From a virus: 64,000 nt of DNA. Shown in pieces: positions 58,893 through 64,000 of this stretch. The DNA is taken from the IMG/VR virus record IMGVR_UViG_3300026290_000001; one strand, written 5' to 3'. Made by a program: the position numbers and the translations under genes. The first letter of the stretch is position 1, and each line of letters begins with the position of its first letter. The notes beneath the pieces are model-generated. The model had not been told where the DNA came from. It ran no database searches and worked only from the letters and a program-made list of their open reading frames with translations.

Positions 58893-59732
58893 ATGAGTTA
58901 TATAATAGATTTATACACCCAAGGCAATTCTGCGTTAAAAATTTCTAAACAAGAAAATATTCCTGTTCATCAAATATACAAAATATTGGAAAAAAACAAT
59001 ATTCCAAGAAGAAGCAATCGAATAAATAATAAAAAATATAGTTGCAATGAAGATTATTTTGAGAATATAAATACGTCAGAAAAAGCATATTGGTTAGGTT
59101 TTTTATACGCTGATGGCTTTGTTTCAAAAAATGAAAAATTTTATAATAGAGGATCGTTAGGAATATCTTTGGCAATAGAAGACAAAGAACATTTAGAAAC
59201 ATTAAATAAAGATTTAAATTCAAATTATCCTATAAACATATATAGTGTAGTTAATGGTTATAAAATTGGTATTCAATATGCAAGAATAATTATTAAAAGT
59301 GAAAAAATATTTAATGATTTGATTGATAAGGGTTTAAGTGAAAGAAAATCAGAGATTAAAAAACGTCCAAAAAAAATACCAGAAGAATTAATTAAATATT
59401 TTATACTTGGATATTTTGATGGGAATGGTTGTATTTCAATACATAGAAGAAAAAATAATGATAAGTTGGATTTTAAATTTAGAATTACAAGTACAGATGA
59501 TGTATTATATTTTATTACAGATTATTTATATAACAATAAATTAATATACAATAAAAGAAAATTAGACAAACGACACATATACGATATTGTCTCTAATTTA
59601 GAATACGGAGGAAATAGGCAAGTATATAAAATTATGCACCATCTGTATCAAAATACACCCAGATTTTTAAAAAGAAAACATGAAAGATATTTAATATTAA
59701 AAAATCAACTTATGAAAGAAGGGGAAATATGA
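58893..59732 (+). CDS. LAGLIDADG homing endonuclease
   Basis: Two LAGLIDADG-type motifs (YWLGFLYADGF and FILGYFDGNGC) about 100 aa apart; stop overlaps next start (ATGA). Confidence 0.6.
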   Translation: MSYIIDLYTQGNSALKISKQENIPVHQIYKILEKNNIPRRSNRINNKKYSCNEDYFENINTSEKAYWLGFLYADGFVSKNEKFYNRGSLGISLAIEDKEHLETLNKDLNSNYPINIYSVVNGYKIGIQYARIIIKSEKIFNDLIDKGLSERKSEIKKRPKKIPEELIKYFILGYFDGNGCISIHRRKNNDKLDFKFRITSTDDVLYFITDYLYNNKLIYNKRKLDKRHIYDIVSNLEYGGNRQVYKIMHHLYQNTPRFLKRKHERYLILKNQLMKEGEI

Positions 59733-62700
59733 TTAATTTACATGTTCATGATGCAAAAGGTTCATTGTTGGATTCTATTGCAACAGTTGATAAAATAGTT
59801 GAATTTGCAAAAAAAAATAATCAAACTGCGATAGCATTAACCAATCATGGACTTATGACTTCATTTGTTGATTTTGTGAAAGAATGTAATAAAAATGATA
59901 TTAAACCTATCATTGGATGTGAAATTTATGAAACTGATGACATGCATGAGAAGCAAGACACTAGAGATTATCAACAACCAAGATATCATTTAATATTATT
60001 GGCAAAAAATAAGATTGGTTTGCAAAACTTATTTAAAATAGTATCTATTTCCAATACAGAAGGTTTTTATAAAAAACCAAGAGTATCCTTAGATTGGATT
60101 GAAAAAAATAATTGTGGGAAAGGAATTATATGTTTAACTGCTTGTCAAGCAGGTAGATTAAGTAAGTATTTAATTAATGATAAAGAATTAGAAGCAATAC
60201 AATTTGTTAAACAATTGCAATCTATATTTGATTATGTGTCATGTGAGATACAATCCCATAAAACGATTGATCAGCACAATGCAAATAAAAAAATATATGA
60301 ATTTTCACAAAAATATAATTTGCCTTATGTTATTACCACTGATGCTCATATGATAAATAAAAATGAAATTGACACTCATACAATTTTTGTTGAAATCGGA
60401 GAAGGAAGAGAAGTAGGAGAGAGTTATGTTGATTGTTATTTACAAACAGATTCAGATGTTTACAATATTTTAGAAAAACAATTTTCAAAAGAAATTATAA
60501 AAGAGGGTATTAATGAAACTATTTTAATTTCAAATATGATTGAAAATATTGATATTGGTTTAAATAATGGTGTTATAATGCCTAAAATACCTGTGCAAGA
60601 AGGATTTAATTCAAATAAAGAATATTTGAGACATTTAGTTTTCAAAGATTTTGAAAAAAAGTTTTCTCATTTATTAGCAGAAGATCAACAAATAAGAAAA
60701 GATAGACTTGAAATGGAATTGCCTATTTTATATGAGTTAAATTATACAGATTATTTTATTATGTTATATATGTTGGTAGAAGAAGCAAAAAAGAGGGATA
60801 TCCCAAGAGGGTATTCTAGAGGTTCAGGAGCAAATTGTTTATGTCTTTATATGTTAGGTGTAACTCAAATAGACAGCATTAGATGGGACTTAGATTTTTC
60901 AAGATTTGCTAATTTGGGTAGAAAATCAATTGCTGATTTTGATTTTGATATTTCCAAAAATAGACGAAAAGAATTTATTGAAATATCGGAAGAACTTTTT
61001 GGGAAAGAGAATGTTGCACCAATTGCTACATTTAATACTTTAAGTACAAAAGTAGCAATAAGAGACGTTGGTAAAGTATTAGATGAAAAATCAGAAGAGT
61101 ATAAAGGTAAGATACCTTATAAATTACGTGATGAAGTGGCAAAGATGATACCTACTATTAATACTATAAATGATTTAGGTGAGGAAGAAGAAAAAGAAGT
61201 ATTATTAAGAGATGTGTTGTTTAAAAACGAAAGATTAAAAGAAATATATGAGCAATATCCCTTGTGGTTTAAGTATGTTATGGAATTAGAAGGTTTGCCT
61301 AAAAGCATGGGTAGACATGCAGCAGGAACTATAATAACTCCCAATCCAGTTGTTGAATATTGTCCTATTTGTTATGATTCTGAAGATAATATTATGATTC
61401 AATTAGAAATGCATTCAGCAATGGATGATTTAGGTTTAACTAAAATGGATTATCTTGGACTTGAAACAGTAGACATTGTAGATGACACATTAAGAATGGC
61501 AGGATTAACTTGGGATGATGTAAATATAGATCACTTAAACCTTGAGGATTCAGAAGTATATGAAAAAGTTTATAAAAGTGGCAATACCATTGGAATATTT
61601 CAAATGGAATCTGCTGAGGCAAGAAGAATGTGTATAGAGGCAGAAGTTGATAATGTAGAAGATATAATAGTCATTAATGCAGCAAACCGACCAGGAACAA
61701 AAGACAATTTCCCTGATTATTGTAAAAACAAAAAATATCCCAATGAAATTGAAGTGTTGCATGAGGATTTGAAGAAAATATTTAATAAAACTCAATATGT
61801 TTTACTTTATCAGGAGCAAGCATTACAGTTATTTAGATACGCTGGTTTTCCTGAAGAAGAGGTAGATTCTGCGAGAAGAGCAATTGGGAAAAAATTGAAA
61901 GATGAAATGGAAAAATTAGAGATTAAGTTTAAAGAGGGATTGTTAAACAAAAATTGGAATGAAGATCAGATTAATGAAATATGGGGACTAATGCTTAAGC
62001 AAGCCGATTATTCGTTTAATCGAGGGCATGCCGTAGCATATGGTTTACTTAGTTATCTTACAGCATATTTAAAAACGCATTATCCTTTAGAATTTATGAC
62101 AGCATGTTTAACCGCTAAGAGTGATAATATGTCAAAATTAAGTATCTTTATTAATGAATGTCACAGGTTAAATATTCAAGTTGCACCACCAAACATTAAT
62201 TTATCAGAACGAAATTTTACTGCAATAAAAAATAAAAATAAAATATTATTTGGATTATATGCAATTAAAGGCATAGGAGATGCAGTAGTAAATACAATCA
62301 TAGAAAATAGAAGATATGAAGGGTTTGATGACTTTTTATCTAAAACAAAGGAGTCTGGAAAGATAACCAAAGGAACAATTATCAAGTTGGCAAAAAGTGG
62401 TTGTTTTCCAACAAAAAATAAAAGAAATTTTTTGCTTAGATATGCAAATAAATTATTTGAAAATGATTATAAAAATGAAATTTTTGAAGAAAGAAAAACT
62501 TTTAAATCAGTTAAGGAATTAAAAGAAGTATGGGGAATTGATACTGATACAATCAAAAATAAGCAAGAGAGACTTAAATTATTCAATCAAAAAAGAAAAG
62601 AAAAATTTGACAATGAAGAAGTAGATAGAACATTCAAAAAAGAAGATGCCCGACAAAAATATATTAAAGAATTTTCGTCAAAATATTTACAAGAAGAATT

Positions 62701-63061
62701 TATGTGGGAGTTTGAAACTTTATCAATGTTTATTACATATAACCCATTAAAAGAAGCATATAAATATGTTACTCCTTGGGACGAAGTAGACGATGGAGAA
62801 AAAGCAGTTGCTATCTGTGTAGTTGTAGACATTAAAAGAAAAAAAGATAAAAACAACAATACTTTTGCCTATTTAGACTTATATACTCCTTATGGGATAA
62901 TTGAAGCTACTTGTTGGGCAAGGCAATATAAAAACTTTAATGATTTAATTAAAAAAGGGAATAGTCTTGCAATTTTAGGACGGAAAAGAGATGGACAGTT
63001 TTTTGTTGAGTCAATGAAAACCTATCAGCAATGGTTAAAAGATAGAAATATAAACAACTAG
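59729..63061 (+). CDS. dnaE: DNA polymerase III alpha subunit (DnaE-type, PHP domain)
   Basis: N-terminal INLHVHDAKGSLLDS PHP motif, RGYSRGSGANCLCLYMLG palm-region motif, 1110 aa. Confidence 0.8.
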   Translation: MINLHVHDAKGSLLDSIATVDKIVEFAKKNNQTAIALTNHGLMTSFVDFVKECNKNDIKPIIGCEIYETDDMHEKQDTRDYQQPRYHLILLAKNKIGLQNLFKIVSISNTEGFYKKPRVSLDWIEKNNCGKGIICLTACQAGRLSKYLINDKELEAIQFVKQLQSIFDYVSCEIQSHKTIDQHNANKKIYEFSQKYNLPYVITTDAHMINKNEIDTHTIFVEIGEGREVGESYVDCYLQTDSDVYNILEKQFSKEIIKEGINETILISNMIENIDIGLNNGVIMPKIPVQEGFNSNKEYLRHLVFKDFEKKFSHLLAEDQQIRKDRLEMELPILYELNYTDYFIMLYMLVEEAKKRDIPRGYSRGSGANCLCLYMLGVTQIDSIRWDLDFSRFANLGRKSIADFDFDISKNRRKEFIEISEELFGKENVAPIATFNTLSTKVAIRDVGKVLDEKSEEYKGKIPYKLRDEVAKMIPTINTINDLGEEEEKEVLLRDVLFKNERLKEIYEQYPLWFKYVMELEGLPKSMGRHAAGTIITPNPVVEYCPICYDSEDNIMIQLEMHSAMDDLGLTKMDYLGLETVDIVDDTLRMAGLTWDDVNIDHLNLEDSEVYEKVYKSGNTIGIFQMESAEARRMCIEAEVDNVEDIIVINAANRPGTKDNFPDYCKNKKYPNEIEVLHEDLKKIFNKTQYVLLYQEQALQLFRYAGFPEEEVDSARRAIGKKLKDEMEKLEIKFKEGLLNKNWNEDQINEIWGLMLKQADYSFNRGHAVAYGLLSYLTAYLKTHYPLEFMTACLTAKSDNMSKLSIFINECHRLNIQVAPPNINLSERNFTAIKNKNKILFGLYAIKGIGDAVVNTIIENRRYEGFDDFLSKTKESGKITKGTIIKLAKSGCFPTKNKRNFLLRYANKLFENDYKNEIFEERKTFKSVKELKEVWGIDTDTIKNKQERLKLFNQKRKEKFDNEEVDRTFKKEDARQKYIKEFSSKYLQEEFMWEFETLSMFITYNPLKEAYKYVTPWDEVDDGEKAVAICVVVDIKRKKDKNNNTFAYLDLYTPYGIIEATCWARQYKNFNDLIKKGNSLAILGRKRDGQFFVESMKTYQQWLKDRNINN

Positions 63062-63072
63062 GAGATAAACAA

Positions 63073-64000
63073 ATGAATCAAACCACTAACCAAATATATG
63101 AATTTAAAGCAACACCGATATTTGAAAGGTATTATAATGACGAAACAAATTGGGGAGTATATAACTTCACCACTACAGATGATATTCCCCATTGTAATGA
63201 TTATAATGATCCTTTTCAAGAAAACTATACTGATAATATTAAACAAAGTACTTTAGTGGGTAAGTGTCAACAACTTTTTCTTGGTTCTGAATACATAGTA
63301 AATGCTAAACTTGAATACAATTCAAAATATAAAAAACACCAGTATGTACCTATTAATGTTACTGCAATTGTTCCTAAATCCGAACAATCACAAAGAGCAT
63401 TTTTAGAAGCAATAATTACCAAAAAACAAGCAGATATATTACTTGAAGTATATCCTAATATTGTTGAAGATACTATCAATGGGAATACGGACAATATTGA
63501 TTTGTCAAAAACTAAAGGTATTAAAGATTATACTTGGAATTATATTAAGGAAAGAATTATTAATAATTATGTAATATCAGATATTATTACATTGCTTCAA
63601 CCTATTGGTGTTACTTATTCAATGATTAAAAAACTATTAATGCACTATGGCAATCCTACTTTACTTAAAAATGATTTGTTAGACAATCCATATATTTTAA
63701 CTAAGATTTATGGATTGGGTTTTAAAAGAGTAGATGGATTGGCATTAAAATTAAAACCAGAATTAAAAGTATCAAATAAAAGGACTTATGCTTTTTTAAA
63801 TTATTATCTAAGAGAAATAGGAGAATCAAACGGTCATACATGGGTTACTTTTGATTTTCTTGAGAATGCAGTTCGTGACAATATTATTGAATGTGAAGAA
63901 TTGTATTATAAAATTTTAGATGTTGAAAGAGATACACAAGCATTATTATATATTGATGATGAAAAAAATAGAATTGGGTTAAAATATTATAGAGATATTG
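63073..64000 (+). CDS. hypothetical protein, 5' part only; possible RecD-like helicase N-terminal region
   Basis: Open to window end; HhH-like segment ILTKIYGLGFKRVDGLALKL; no ATPase motif within window. Confidence 0.3.
   Translation, partial: MNQTTNQIYEFKATPIFERYYNDETNWGVYNFTTTDDIPHCNDYNDPFQENYTDNIKQSTLVGKCQQLFLGSEYIVNAKLEYNSKYKKHQYVPINVTAIVPKSEQSQRAFLEAIITKKQADILLEVYPNIVEDTINGNTDNIDLSKTKGIKDYTWNYIKERIINNYVISDIITLLQPIGVTYSMIKKLLMHYGNPTLLKNDLLDNPYILTKIYGLGFKRVDGLALKLKPELKVSNKRTYAFLNYYLREIGESNGHTWVTFDFLENAVRDNIIECEELYYKILDVERDTQALLYIDDEKNRIGLKYYRDI

Noticed and set aside
59729-63061. Intein within dnaE
   Set aside because: No extra domain or second LAGLIDADG/HNH block interrupts the polymerase motifs; length is normal for a DnaE-type alpha subunit.
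633-63494. All reverse-strand ORFs in the supplied track (for example 633-854, 15665-16036, 30149-30502, 53188-53640, 57959-58273)
   Set aside because: Each lies inside a + strand gene with motif support or a strong SD, none has its own Shine-Dalgarno, and their products are low-complexity hydrophobic strings typical of antisense frames in AT-rich DNA.
1-64000. Alternative genetic code (TGA or TAG reassignment)
   Set aside because: Long genes such as dnaE, ligA and rtcB are intact under the standard code, Trp is encoded by TGG, and all three stops terminate well-supported ORFs.

Overview
Very AT-rich 64 kb window with every supportable gene on the + strand, tightly packed, most preceded by a strong AGGAGG-type Shine-Dalgarno and many by TTGACA-N17-TATAAT promoters. 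This looks like a phage or prophage segment from a low-GC Gram-positive host (host identity is inference). Three blocks: (1) 0-27 kb, mostly small early-type ORFs plus a J-domain protein, a DUF262/ParB-like protein, a beta-clamp-like protein, a 3D-domain secreted protein and two RNA ligases (RtcB-like and an Rnl-type ligase with a tRNA-binding-like N-terminus); (2) 27.7-51 kb, an island of about 16 DNA methyltransferase-family genes of several classes, with a PAPS-reductase-like PP-loop protein, a B12-type radical SAM protein and NAD-dependent DNA ligase embedded, and showing a G+C-richer foreign cassette, a chimeric methyltransferase, recurring intergenic palindromes and several genes whose conserved N-terminus starts at ATA/ATT rather than ATG/GTG/TTG; (3) 51-64 kb, a replication module (P-loop ATPases, Toprim primase, DHH exonuclease, LAGLIDADG homing endonuclease, PHP-domain Pol III alpha). 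All calls rest on motifs read by eye; no database search was run. Coordinates of promoters, hairpins and ORFs absent from the supplied track are approximate (about +/-3 nt). Reverse-strand track ORFs are treated as artefacts.
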